Of a stretch of 64,000 bases of DNA, positions 40,116 through 48,799 are shown in pieces. The notes below the pieces were generated by a model that saw only the letters and a list, made by a program, of their open reading frames with translations, made no database searches and was not told the DNA's origin. The first letter of the stretch is position 1; each line of letters opens with the position of its first letter. The stretch comes from an uncultured Pelagibacteraceae bacterium (lineage in GTDB: Bacteria; Pseudomonadota; Alphaproteobacteria; Pelagibacterales; Pelagibacteraceae). The translations under genes and the position numbers were made by a program. The stretch lies in contig CACJBQ010000003.1 of the NCBI GenBank assembly GCA_902591695.1, positions 11,951 to 75,950 on the forward strand. The letters are read 5' to 3'.

Positions 40116-41068
40116 TGGCTGTTTTACTTATAGCAGAGCACAATAACAAAGCTTTAAGACCGTTTACTCTTAATGCGGCTACAGCAGCATCTCAAATTGA
40201 TACAGATGTTCATGCTGTAGTTATTGGTCAAAACTCTGCAGATGCTGTAAAACAATTATCTGAACTTCCAGTAATTAAAAAAGTATTAAGTGTGGAAGCA
40301 GCCCACTATGAAAACTTCACAGCAGAAAATTTTGCTCCGGTGATTGTTAAACTTGCAGAGAATTATTCTCACATTGTTTGTTCAGCAAATACATTTGGAA
40401 AGAACTTGATGCCACGAATTGCTGCTCATCTTGATACATCACAAGTAAGTGATATAATTAAAGTAATATCACCAGATACTTTTTTAAGACCAATTTATGC
40501 AGGTAATGCTTTTGCAACAATTAAGAGTAATGATGCTAAAAAGTGCATAACAATTAGACCTACTTCATTTGATCCATGTGAGAGCACAGGTGGATCAGCT
40601 CAAATTGAAAAAGTAGATGCAAGTGATGAATTTTCAAATACAAAATTTATAAAAAGAGAAGAAATTAAATCTGATCGACCCGAGCTTGGAACAGCAAGAA
40701 TTGTTGTATCAGGTGGTAGAGGAATGCAAAGTGGAGATAATTTTAAATTAATTACAGAAATTGCTGATAAATTAGGTGCAGCAATTGGCGCATCAAGAGC
40801 GGCAGTAGATGCTGGATACATAAGTAACGATCATCAAGTAGGTCAAACAGGAAAAGTGGTAGTGCCAGATCTATATATCGCTGTTGGAATTTCAGGTGCT
40901 ATTCAGCATTTAGCAGGAATGAAGGAAAGTAAAGTTATAGTTGCAATTAATAAAGACGGTGAGGCACCAATTTTTAGTGTCGCAGATTATGGACTTGAAG
41001 CTGATTTATTTGAGGCACTACCTCAGTTCATGGAAGAGCTGAACAAATTAAACACTATACAAAAATAA
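40115..41068 (+). CDS. etfA: Electron transfer flavoprotein alpha subunit
   Basis: RPIYAGN, SGGRG, QVGQTGK, GISGAIQH. Confidence 0.97.
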   Translation: MAVLLIAEHNNKALRPFTLNAATAASQIDTDVHAVVIGQNSADAVKQLSELPVIKKVLSVEAAHYENFTAENFAPVIVKLAENYSHIVCSANTFGKNLMPRIAAHLDTSQVSDIIKVISPDTFLRPIYAGNAFATIKSNDAKKCITIRPTSFDPCESTGGSAQIEKVDASDEFSNTKFIKREEIKSDRPELGTARIVVSGGRGMQSGDNFKLITEIADKLGAAIGASRAAVDAGYISNDHQVGQTGKVVVPDLYIAVGISGAIQHLAGMKESKVIVAINKDGEAPIFSVADYGLEADLFEALPQFMEELNKLNTIQK

Positions 41069-41091
41069 TCCTTACAGTTAAAAACTAGAGT

Positions 41092-42711
41092 ATGTCTAGA
41101 GAATCGATGGAATATGATGTTGTAATCATAGGTGGAGGACCATCAGGATTATCAACTGCAATAAAGTTAAAACAATTAGACCCAAGCCTAAATGTTTGTT
41201 TATTAGAAAAAGCATCAGAGATTGGAGCTCATATTTTAAGTGGAAATGTATTTGAAACGCGTGCTTTAGATGAATTATTACCAAATTGGAGAGAATTAAA
41301 TTCTCCAATTAAAACAAAAGTAACTAAAGAAAAATTTTTATTTTTAGGAAAAACTAAATCTTTAAGTTGGCCAACTTGGCTACTACCTGCCGTTCAACAA
41401 AATCATAAAAATTATATTATCAGTTTAGCAAATCTGTGTAGATGGCTTGCTGAACAAGCTGAAAATTTAGGTGTAGAAATCTTTCCAGGATTTCCAGCAA
41501 GTGAAATTTTATATAATGAAGATGGATCTATTAAAGGTGTTGCAACTCAAGATATGGGTATAGATAAAGATGGTAATAAAAAAGATAGTTTTGAACCAGG
41601 TATTGAGCTTTTAGGCAAAGTAACAGTTTTTGCAGAAGGGTGCAGAGGTCATTTAGGAAAACAATTGATTAAAAGATTTGAATTAAATAAAGGTAAAGAT
41701 CCTCAACAATACGGAATTGGCTTTAAAGAAATATGGGAAATAGAGGGTAAAAATCACGAAGAAGGTTTAGTTATGCATACAGCTGGATGGCCATTAGATA
41801 ACAATACTTATGGTGGTAGTTTTATGTATCATGCAGAAAATAAACAAGTTTTTCTTGGTTATGTAATAGGTTTAGATTACAAAAATCCTCACCTTTCTCC
41901 TTATGATGAATTTCAGAGATTTAAAACACATCCAGCAATAAAAAAAATTATAGAAGGTGGAAAAAGGATTTCTTACGGGGCAAGAGCCTTAATTGAAGGC
42001 GGATTTCAAAGTTTACCAAAAATGTTTATGCCTGGAGCTTTATTAGTTGGTTGTGATGCTGGAACTTTGAATATGCCAAAAATTAAAGGATCTCATACAG
42101 CGATGAAAAGTGGGATGATTGCAGCCGAAACTATTTATGAACATTTAAAAGAAAATAAAGATTTATCAATTTATGAAAAGAAATTTAAAAATAGCTGGTT
42201 ACAAAAAGAGCTTTATGAGGCCCGAAATGTAAAACCTAGTTTTAGCTGGGGATTAATTTTAGGAATAATTTTTACAGGTATTGATCAAATTTTATTTAGA
42301 GGAAAACTTCCTTTTACCCTAAAACATAAACATGCCGATCATGAAACATTAAAACCTGCAAACCAAATGCCTAAAATAGATTATCCAAAATACGATAATG
42401 TAATAACATTTGATAAAACAAGTTCAGTTTATCTTACTGGTACAAATCATGCTGATAATCAGCCTGTTCATTTAAAGCTTAAAGACCCACATTTACCAAT
42501 CAATTATACTTTAGAAAAATTTGATGAACCTGCTCAAAGATATTGTCCTGCAGGGGTTTATGAGATTCAAAAAGAAAATGATGTAAGTAAATTTGTAATT
42601 AATTCTCAAAATTGTATTCATTGTAAAACATGTGATATAAAAGAACCTTCTCAAAACATTACTTGGGTTACACCAGAAGGAAGTGGTGGTCCAAGATATG
42701 GAAATATGTAA
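41092..42711 (+). CDS. ETF-ubiquinone oxidoreductase
   Basis: GGGPSG, GAHILSG, KIKGSHTAMKSG, CPAGVYE, NCIHCKTCDIK. Confidence 0.96.
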   Translation: MSRESMEYDVVIIGGGPSGLSTAIKLKQLDPSLNVCLLEKASEIGAHILSGNVFETRALDELLPNWRELNSPIKTKVTKEKFLFLGKTKSLSWPTWLLPAVQQNHKNYIISLANLCRWLAEQAENLGVEIFPGFPASEILYNEDGSIKGVATQDMGIDKDGNKKDSFEPGIELLGKVTVFAEGCRGHLGKQLIKRFELNKGKDPQQYGIGFKEIWEIEGKNHEEGLVMHTAGWPLDNNTYGGSFMYHAENKQVFLGYVIGLDYKNPHLSPYDEFQRFKTHPAIKKIIEGGKRISYGARALIEGGFQSLPKMFMPGALLVGCDAGTLNMPKIKGSHTAMKSGMIAAETIYEHLKENKDLSIYEKKFKNSWLQKELYEARNVKPSFSWGLILGIIFTGIDQILFRGKLPFTLKHKHADHETLKPANQMPKIDYPKYDNVITFDKTSSVYLTGTNHADNQPVHLKLKDPHLPINYTLEKFDEPAQRYCPAGVYEIQKENDVSKFVINSQNCIHCKTCDIKEPSQNITWVTPEGSGGPRYGNM

Positions 42712-43092
42712 TTAAGATAAATCTATTGCAAACTTTTTTAAAGTTTCAATAGGTACATATTTAAGAGTGTTTTCGTGAGTTCTTTTCAAAAATATTGGAC
42801 ATCCTTTACCAGCTTCAACTGCTCTTGCATACCAACTAGCACACAAACACCATCCATCTCCATCTTTTAAACCTGGAAACCCAAATTCAGGATGTGGAGT
42901 TATTAAATCATTACCTGCTTCTTTCATCCATTCTAAACATTCGGTAGTAACTTTAGCACAAACTGTATGAAGTCCATGATCATTCTCATCAGTGTTACAA
43001 CAACCATCACGAAACCAACCTGTTAAAGGATCATTTGAACATTCTTCCAGATCTTCACCAAGAACATTTTTTTGATTTATTTTTTTAATCAT
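42712..43092 (-). CDS. DUF2237 family Cys-rich protein
   Basis: NVLG..L..C..DP.TG.FRDGCC, HTVCA, WCLCA. Confidence 0.85.
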   Translation of the reverse strand: MIKKINQKNVLGEDLEECSNDPLTGWFRDGCCNTDENDHGLHTVCAKVTTECLEWMKEAGNDLITPHPEFGFPGLKDGDGWCLCASWYARAVEAGKGCPIFLKRTHENTLKYVPIETLKKFAIDLS

Positions 43093-43724
43093 TAAAAACT
43101 ATTATAAATATTTTCATCAATTAATGCGTTAAATGAAATAGATCTTCTTTCTTCATCTTTTCTGTAAAACGGATAAACAATATGCATCAGGTAATTTGGA
43201 AAGAAATAAAAGTCACCTACCTTAGGTGTTATAGTAAAAGTTGATTTACAACTAAACATTTGACTACCATGAACCAAAGATAATTTACCATTAAAATTAT
43301 TTTTTTTATTATTCTGAAATGTTTCTCCAAAATTATTTGGTAATTTTAAATATCCAACACCTGATATATGGCCACCATGAGTATGTATAGGATTATATTC
43401 ATTTTCAAATTGTCTTACTATCCAACTTGATAGAAGATTAAAATTAGTAATTTTTTTTTTTTCTACTAATTCGACCCATTTTTGAACTGCTGTAAATAAA
43501 AAGTTTAATAACCCAGAAGATTTAACAAACTCCTCCTCCAATTGAAACTCTTGTTGAACATTTCCTGCTAGTTTAAATCCATGATCAAGTTTTTTAATTT
43601 TTTTTACATCTAGTATTGTTTCATCAATGTAATTATTTAATATGCTTAATAAACTTTCAGGAATAACTACCTTTACTATTGATGGACCAAAAGGTTTAAA
43701 AACTTTTATTTCATTAATTGACAT
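43092..43724 (-). CDS. Putative 2OG-Fe(II) oxygenase (TIGR02466-like)
   Basis: YNPIHTH, SGVGYL, FP.YL.H.V.P, RRSISFN; ATG at 43724 directly after the hisI stop. Confidence 0.72.
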   Translation of the reverse strand: MSINEIKVFKPFGPSIVKVVIPESLLSILNNYIDETILDVKKIKKLDHGFKLAGNVQQEFQLEEEFVKSSGLLNFLFTAVQKWVELVEKKKITNFNLLSSWIVRQFENEYNPIHTHGGHISGVGYLKLPNNFGETFQNNKKNNFNGKLSLVHGSQMFSCKSTFTITPKVGDFYFFPNYLMHIVYPFYRKDEERRSISFNALIDENIYNSF

Positions 43725-43725
43725 T

Positions 43726-44193
43726 TTATATTTTTGTAGGATTTGGTTGACCTTTATAAACTTCTTCAGGATCAAATTTTTTTTCTTTTTCAAGAAATTC
43801 CATTTCAACTTTTCTTCCATTTTCTATTGGTCCCATAGGAATTGATCTATAAAAACACGATCTATAACCAACATGGCAACTTGCCCCATCACCTATATCA
43901 ACTGTTAACCATATCGAGTCTTGATCATCATCAATTCTTATTTCAGTAACCTTTTGAGTAAAACCACTTGTTTTACCTTTGTGCCAAATAGCTTTTCTTG
44001 ATCTGCTATAATAATGTGCTTCTTTAGTTTCAATTGTTTTTTTTAAAGCTTCTACATTCATGTATCCATGCATTAAAATATCTTTTGTTTTTGAGCACAT
44101 TGTAATTACAGGAATCAACCCATCATTATCAAACTTAGGCGAAAGAAGATTTCCTTCCTCAATATCATAGATATTTTCTCTTTTTTTGAACAT
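43726..44193 (-). CDS. hisI: Phosphoribosyl-AMP cyclohydrolase
   Basis: YYSRSR..W.KG.TSG, DDDQD, SCHVGYRSCFY. Confidence 0.93.
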   Translation of the reverse strand: MFKKRENIYDIEEGNLLSPKFDNDGLIPVITMCSKTKDILMHGYMNVEALKKTIETKEAHYYSRSRKAIWHKGKTSGFTQKVTEIRIDDDQDSIWLTVDIGDGASCHVGYRSCFYRSIPMGPIENGRKVEMEFLEKEKKFDPEEVYKGQPNPTKI

Positions 44194-44270
44194 ACGGGGT
44201 GATTATTTAGCACATATCTAAATATATTAAATATTTTTAAATTTACGTATTTACTGTATAAAAAGGCGCT

Positions 44271-44891
44271 ATGAAATTAGTAAAAGAGACAGACGACAAA
44301 AATTTGGATACAAAAAAGGTTTCGGATAAAGAAGCTGAAGAGGCTATTAGAACCATTTTATCTTGGATGGGTGAAGATCCTAAAAGAGAGGGCTTGTTAG
44401 AAACTCCTAAAAGAGTTGTAAAAGCATTCAAAGAATATTTTCAAGGTTACAATGAGGATGCAAAAAAAGTATTAGATAAAACTTTTGGTGACGTTGAAGG
44501 TTACAGCGACATGGTTGTTCAAAAGAATATTTCGGTGCAAAGTCACTGTGAACATCACATGGCTCCAATTATTGGAAAAGCTCATGTTGCCTATATACCA
44601 AATGAAAGAGTTGTAGGTTTAAGTAAAATTGCAAGAGTAGTTGAAATATTTTCAAAGAGATTACAGACACAAGAAAGATTAACTGTTCAGATAGCAAATA
44701 GCTTGATGGAAGCTTTAGATGCAAAAGGTGTAGCAGTAACCATAGATTCAACCCATCAGTGTATGACAATGAGGGGTATAAAAAAAGAACAAGCAACAAC
44801 TGTAACTAATTTTTACTTAGGTCAGTTCAAAGAGGATTTGAGTTATCAAAATAGATATTTACGATTTATCAGCACTGAGTTAAAAGACTAG
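44271..44891 (+). CDS. folE: GTP cyclohydrolase I
   Basis: REGL.ETPKRV, SHCEHH, GLSK, RLQ.QE, HQCM.MRG. Confidence 0.96.
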   Translation: MKLVKETDDKNLDTKKVSDKEAEEAIRTILSWMGEDPKREGLLETPKRVVKAFKEYFQGYNEDAKKVLDKTFGDVEGYSDMVVQKNISVQSHCEHHMAPIIGKAHVAYIPNERVVGLSKIARVVEIFSKRLQTQERLTVQIANSLMEALDAKGVAVTIDSTHQCMTMRGIKKEQATTVTNFYLGQFKEDLSYQNRYLRFISTELKD

Positions 44892-44892
44892 T

Positions 44893-45894
44893 GTGTCTGA
44901 CCAATTTAAAGCACTGATTCTTAATCAAGAAGGTGAAAACTTTTCACTTAATGTTAAATCCATTGATAAAAGTTTTTTAAAGCATGGAGATGTAACAGTA
45001 AAAGTAGATTATTCTGACCTTAATTTTAAGGATGGAATGATTTTAAAAAATGGTGGACGTCTAGTTAAAGAGTTTCCGCATATTCCAGGTATAGATTTTG
45101 CAGGAAAAGTTATTGAAAGTGAAAATTCAAAATTTCAAGAAGGCGATGAAGTAATCTTAACTGGATTTAGAGTAGGAGAAATATTTTTTGGTGGTTATTC
45201 ACAAATTGCAAAAGTAAATGCAGATTTTCTGATTAAAAAACCTGATAGCTTAACAAGCAAACAAGCTATGATTTTAGGTACAGCAGGCTTCACATCATTA
45301 ATGAGCGCCTTTGCAATTCAAGCAAGAGAAAGTATTTTGTTAGGTGAAAAAGTTAATGATGTTCTGGTGACTGGTGCAACAGGGGGAGTTGGTAGTGTAG
45401 CGGTTATGGCTTTAACTAAAATGGGATACAATGTTTCTACAGTAACAGGAAAAGATTCTAAGTCAGATTATTTAAAATCATTAGGTGCTAAAAACATTAT
45501 AAATAGGGCTGAATTTGATAAAGATCCAAGACCAATAGACAAAGGCTTGTGGGATGGAGTAGTTGATACCGTTGGTGGAAAAATTCTGGCAAATGCAATA
45601 GCTCAAACAAAATCAAATGGAATAATAGCAGTTTGTGGAAATGCAAATAGCAATGAACTTAATACAAATTTATTACCATTTATGTTAAGGGGTATTAAAG
45701 TTTGGGGCATGGACTCAGCTAATTGCAGTATTAGAAGAAGGGGTTTCATTTGGGGAGAAGCTTCAAAACTAATTGATTTCGATATATTGGAAAAATCTGT
45801 TTTAACAGTTAGTCTAGAAGAATTAATTGAAACTTATCCAAAAATTTTAAAAGGAGAAATCGCTGGAAGAGTATTAGTTGATTTAAATAAATAA
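44893..45894 (+). CDS. acuI: Acryloyl-CoA reductase AcuI/YhdH-family MDR oxidoreductase
   Basis: N.KD, PGIDFAG, GTAGFT, VTGATGGVGS, DTVGG, PF.LRG. Confidence 0.82.
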   Translation: MSDQFKALILNQEGENFSLNVKSIDKSFLKHGDVTVKVDYSDLNFKDGMILKNGGRLVKEFPHIPGIDFAGKVIESENSKFQEGDEVILTGFRVGEIFFGGYSQIAKVNADFLIKKPDSLTSKQAMILGTAGFTSLMSAFAIQARESILLGEKVNDVLVTGATGGVGSVAVMALTKMGYNVSTVTGKDSKSDYLKSLGAKNIINRAEFDKDPRPIDKGLWDGVVDTVGGKILANAIAQTKSNGIIAVCGNANSNELNTNLLPFMLRGIKVWGMDSANCSIRRRGFIWGEASKLIDFDILEKSVLTVSLEELIETYPKILKGEIAGRVLVDLNK

Positions 45895-46781
45895 TGGACT
45901 GGGATAAATTAAAAATTTTTCATGCTGTAGCAGAAGCTGGTAGCTTTACAAATGCTACTGTTAATTTAAATCTTAGCCAATCAGCTATAAGTAGGCAAAT
46001 CCAATCATTAGAACAAGATTTAAAAGTACAGTTGTTTGAAAGGCATGCTAGAGGCTTAACTCTTACACAAAATGGAGAATATGTTTTTAAAACTGCTCAC
46101 GAGGTAATCAGTAAGCTTAAAGAAGTAGAAACATCACTAGGTGATCAAAAAAGCAAACCAACAGGAAAACTAACCATTACAACTGTAAGAAGTTTTGGAA
46201 CACACTGGTTAACACCAAGAATTCAAGAATTTATGACACTCAATCCAGAAATTGAGATCGAACTAGTTTTTGATGATAAAGAGTTAGATTTAAGTACTCG
46301 TCAAGCTGATATTGGAATTTTCATGAGAAGACCAAAGCAGCTCAATTATATTCAAAAAAAATTAGTTGATATTAAATACTATATTTATGGATCAAATAAA
46401 TATTTAGAAAAAAATGGGATGCCAAAAACAGTCAATGATTTAAATAAACATAAATTTATTTCCTTTGGAAAAGGTGCTCCTTCACCAGTTTATAATCCTG
46501 ATTGGGCATTAAAAATAGGAATGCATGATGGAAAAAAAAGAAAATCTATTATGAAGGTTAATAGTGTAAGTGGCCTTTTGTATGGTGTTGAATCTGGAGT
46601 GGGATTGGCTGCACTACCTGAATATTTGGTATCGAATACAAGTAATATAATTAAAGTTCTTCCAAAAGTAGAAGGGCCAATAACCGAAGCACATTTTGTG
46701 TATCCTCAATCATTAAAAAATACAGCTAGAGTACAAGCATTTAGAAATTTCCTATTCAGTAAAATAGGCGACTGGAAATAG
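45894..46781 (+). CDS. LysR-family regulator (LsrB/VtlR-like)
   Basis: MDWDKLKIFHAVAEAGSFT, SQSAISRQI..LE, LFERHARGL. Confidence 0.9.
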   Translation: MDWDKLKIFHAVAEAGSFTNATVNLNLSQSAISRQIQSLEQDLKVQLFERHARGLTLTQNGEYVFKTAHEVISKLKEVETSLGDQKSKPTGKLTITTVRSFGTHWLTPRIQEFMTLNPEIEIELVFDDKELDLSTRQADIGIFMRRPKQLNYIQKKLVDIKYYIYGSNKYLEKNGMPKTVNDLNKHKFISFGKGAPSPVYNPDWALKIGMHDGKKRKSIMKVNSVSGLLYGVESGVGLAALPEYLVSNTSNIIKVLPKVEGPITEAHFVYPQSLKNTARVQAFRNFLFSKIGDWK

Positions 46782-46833
46782 AAAATCTCAAAAAACCCTG
46801 GATTTAATGTAAAATCTAATTCTGCGACATTAT

Positions 46834-46878
46834 TGCGATTGATAATCATTCGCATTGAGAATAGTTCTCATTCTCAAT
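46834..46878. promoter_or_regulatory. Tandem Fur-like iron boxes
   Basis: TGATAATCATTCGCA and TGAGAATAGTTCTCA 7-1-7 sites upstream of the Fe(III)-binding protein gene. Confidence 0.8.
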
Positions 46879-46904
46879 AATAACGTAATAATTAAAGGAG
46901 TTTA

Positions 46905-47933
46905 ATGAGAAAATTATCAATTTTAGCGTTAATTACATCTTTATTTGTATCAACTTTTGCGATTGCGAATGAGGTAAATGTATTTAATGCAAGACATTAT
47001 AAGGCTGATGCTGAAATGTATGGAAAATTTACAGCAGCCACAGGAATTAAAGTAAATTTAATTAACGGAAAATCAGGAGCTTTAGAAAAAAGAATAGCCG
47101 AAGAAGGAGCAGATTCTTCAGCTGATCTTTATATTACTGCTGATGCTGGAAGATGTGGCGCAATGGATGCTAAAGGTTTGCTTCAAGGTGGTTTAACATC
47201 TGCAACAATTAAAGCATCTGTTCCAAAAAACTTTAGAACCAATAAATGGGTTGGAGTAGCAAAAAGAGCAAGAATAATTTATTACTCACCTGAAAGAGTA
47301 AGTGGTGCTGAATTATCTGGTTTAACTTACGAAGGTTTAGCTGATCCAAAATGGAAAGGTAGATTAGTAATAAGAAAATCAAGCAATATTTATAACAAAT
47401 CTCTAGTGGCTTCATTAATAGAAAATAATGGAAAAAAAGCTACAGCTGAATGGGCAAAAGGTGTTGTATCCAATATGGCAAGAACTCCAAAAGGTAATGA
47501 TAGAGCTCAAATTATGGCTGTTGCAGCAGGGGAAGCAGATATTGCTGTAGCAAACACTTATTACTTAGCGCTTATGTTGTCTGGTAATAAAGGTGAAGAG
47601 CAACAAGCAGCTGCAAAAAAAGTTAAAGCATTTTTCCCTAACCAAAATGATAGAGGAACACACATGAATATTAGCTGTGCTGCTTTAGTTAAAGGTGCAC
47701 CTAATAAAGCAAATGCGATTGCACTTGTTGACTTTTTGTTATCACCAGAATCTCAGGAACACTTTACGAATAATACGTTTGAGTTTCCTATGATCGATGG
47801 TGTTTCTCCAAATCCATTAGTAGTAAATAATTTAGGGTTAGATTTTAAACAAGATCTATCAACTAAAGTTTCTAGTTATGGAAAAAAACAAGCTGCTGCA
47901 TTAGAAGTTATGACAGCTGCTGGTTGGAAGTAA
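46905..47933 (+). CDS. Fe(III) ABC transporter substrate-binding protein (FutA/FbpA/SfuC type)
   Basis: Signal peptide, ARHY, R.S.NIYN.SL, NTYY Tyr pair, N.FEFP; AAGGAG RBS. Confidence 0.93.
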   Translation: MRKLSILALITSLFVSTFAIANEVNVFNARHYKADAEMYGKFTAATGIKVNLINGKSGALEKRIAEEGADSSADLYITADAGRCGAMDAKGLLQGGLTSATIKASVPKNFRTNKWVGVAKRARIIYYSPERVSGAELSGLTYEGLADPKWKGRLVIRKSSNIYNKSLVASLIENNGKKATAEWAKGVVSNMARTPKGNDRAQIMAVAAGEADIAVANTYYLALMLSGNKGEEQQAAAKKVKAFFPNQNDRGTHMNISCAALVKGAPNKANAIALVDFLLSPESQEHFTNNTFEFPMIDGVSPNPLVVNNLGLDFKQDLSTKVSSYGKKQAAALEVMTAAGWK

Positions 47934-47939
47934 CATATA

Positions 47940-48125
47940 GTGAAAAAGAATTTATTTAATTTTGATTTAAGTAATTCTTCTGTCATGAGCGGTTCACTTG
48001 AGGGTCAGATAACATGTGAACCATGCTCATCAGAATGTGAAAAGATTAAAAGAAAAATAAATAATAGAAAATTATCTGAGATTGAAAAAGACGAGGCTCT
48101 AGACATCCTCACTCCTTTTAAATGA
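47940..48125 (+). CDS. Small hypothetical protein with CxxCxxxC
   Basis: 61-aa ORF (GTG start; alternative ATG 47985) 6 nt after the Fe-binding protein gene. Confidence 0.55.
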   Translation: MKKNLFNFDLSNSSVMSGSLEGQITCEPCSSECEKIKRKINNRKLSEIEKDEALDILTPFK

Positions 48126-48145
48126 TGATATATTTCTTTTTAGAC

Positions 48146-48205
48146 GGTGCCCACGTCACTCTCCTTTAGGATCTTTACCCTTTCCTAAAAATTGTCGTGG
48201 GCATT
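48146..48205 (+). ncRNA. Candidate structured RNA element
   Basis: Outer stem GGTGCCCACG/CGTGGGCATT, inner stem TTTAGGA/TCCTAAA, C/U-rich unpaired segments. Confidence 0.5.
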
Positions 48206-48213
48206 AAAAAAAT

Positions 48214-48759
48214 ATGATTGAAGGATTTAAAATACCTCAAGTAACTTTTAGAATTAGAGAAGGTGATACTTCGGATAATGAAATTGCATGTGCAATTGGT
48301 GGGAAGTGGATAAATAAATCTACTGATGATTTTTTTAAAAATAAAAGAGTAATTTTATTTAGTTTACCTGGTGCATTTACCCCAACATGTTCCTCTCAAC
48401 AATTACCTGGATTTGAAAAAAATGCCGATGAATTAAAAAAACTTGGCATAGACGAAATTTATTGTTGTTCAGTAAATGACTCATACGTCATGAATGCATG
48501 GGCAAAAAAAATGGGTATTTCTAATGTTAAAGTAATACCAGATGGATCAGGACTTTTTACAAAATATATGGGAATGTTAATCTCCAAAGACCATGATGGA
48601 TTTGGCCAAAGAAGTTGGAGATATATGGCAGTTATTAATGACGGTATTGTTGAAAAATGGTGGCAAGAGCCTGGAATTAATAATTCAGGCTCAGATGATG
48701 ACCCGTATATAGAAACAACACCAGAAAACACAATAAAATACCTTTCTGCATCAAAGTAA
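48214..48759 (+). CDS. Peroxiredoxin (Prx5/type II)
   Basis: PGAFTPTCS, SVND.YVMNAW, RSWRY. Confidence 0.93.
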   Translation: MIEGFKIPQVTFRIREGDTSDNEIACAIGGKWINKSTDDFFKNKRVILFSLPGAFTPTCSSQQLPGFEKNADELKKLGIDEIYCCSVNDSYVMNAWAKKMGISNVKVIPDGSGLFTKYMGMLISKDHDGFGQRSWRYMAVINDGIVEKWWQEPGINNSGSDDDPYIETTPENTIKYLSASK

Positions 48760-48799
48760 AATCATATTAAAAAAATTTTTTTATATTATAAGACCCTTA

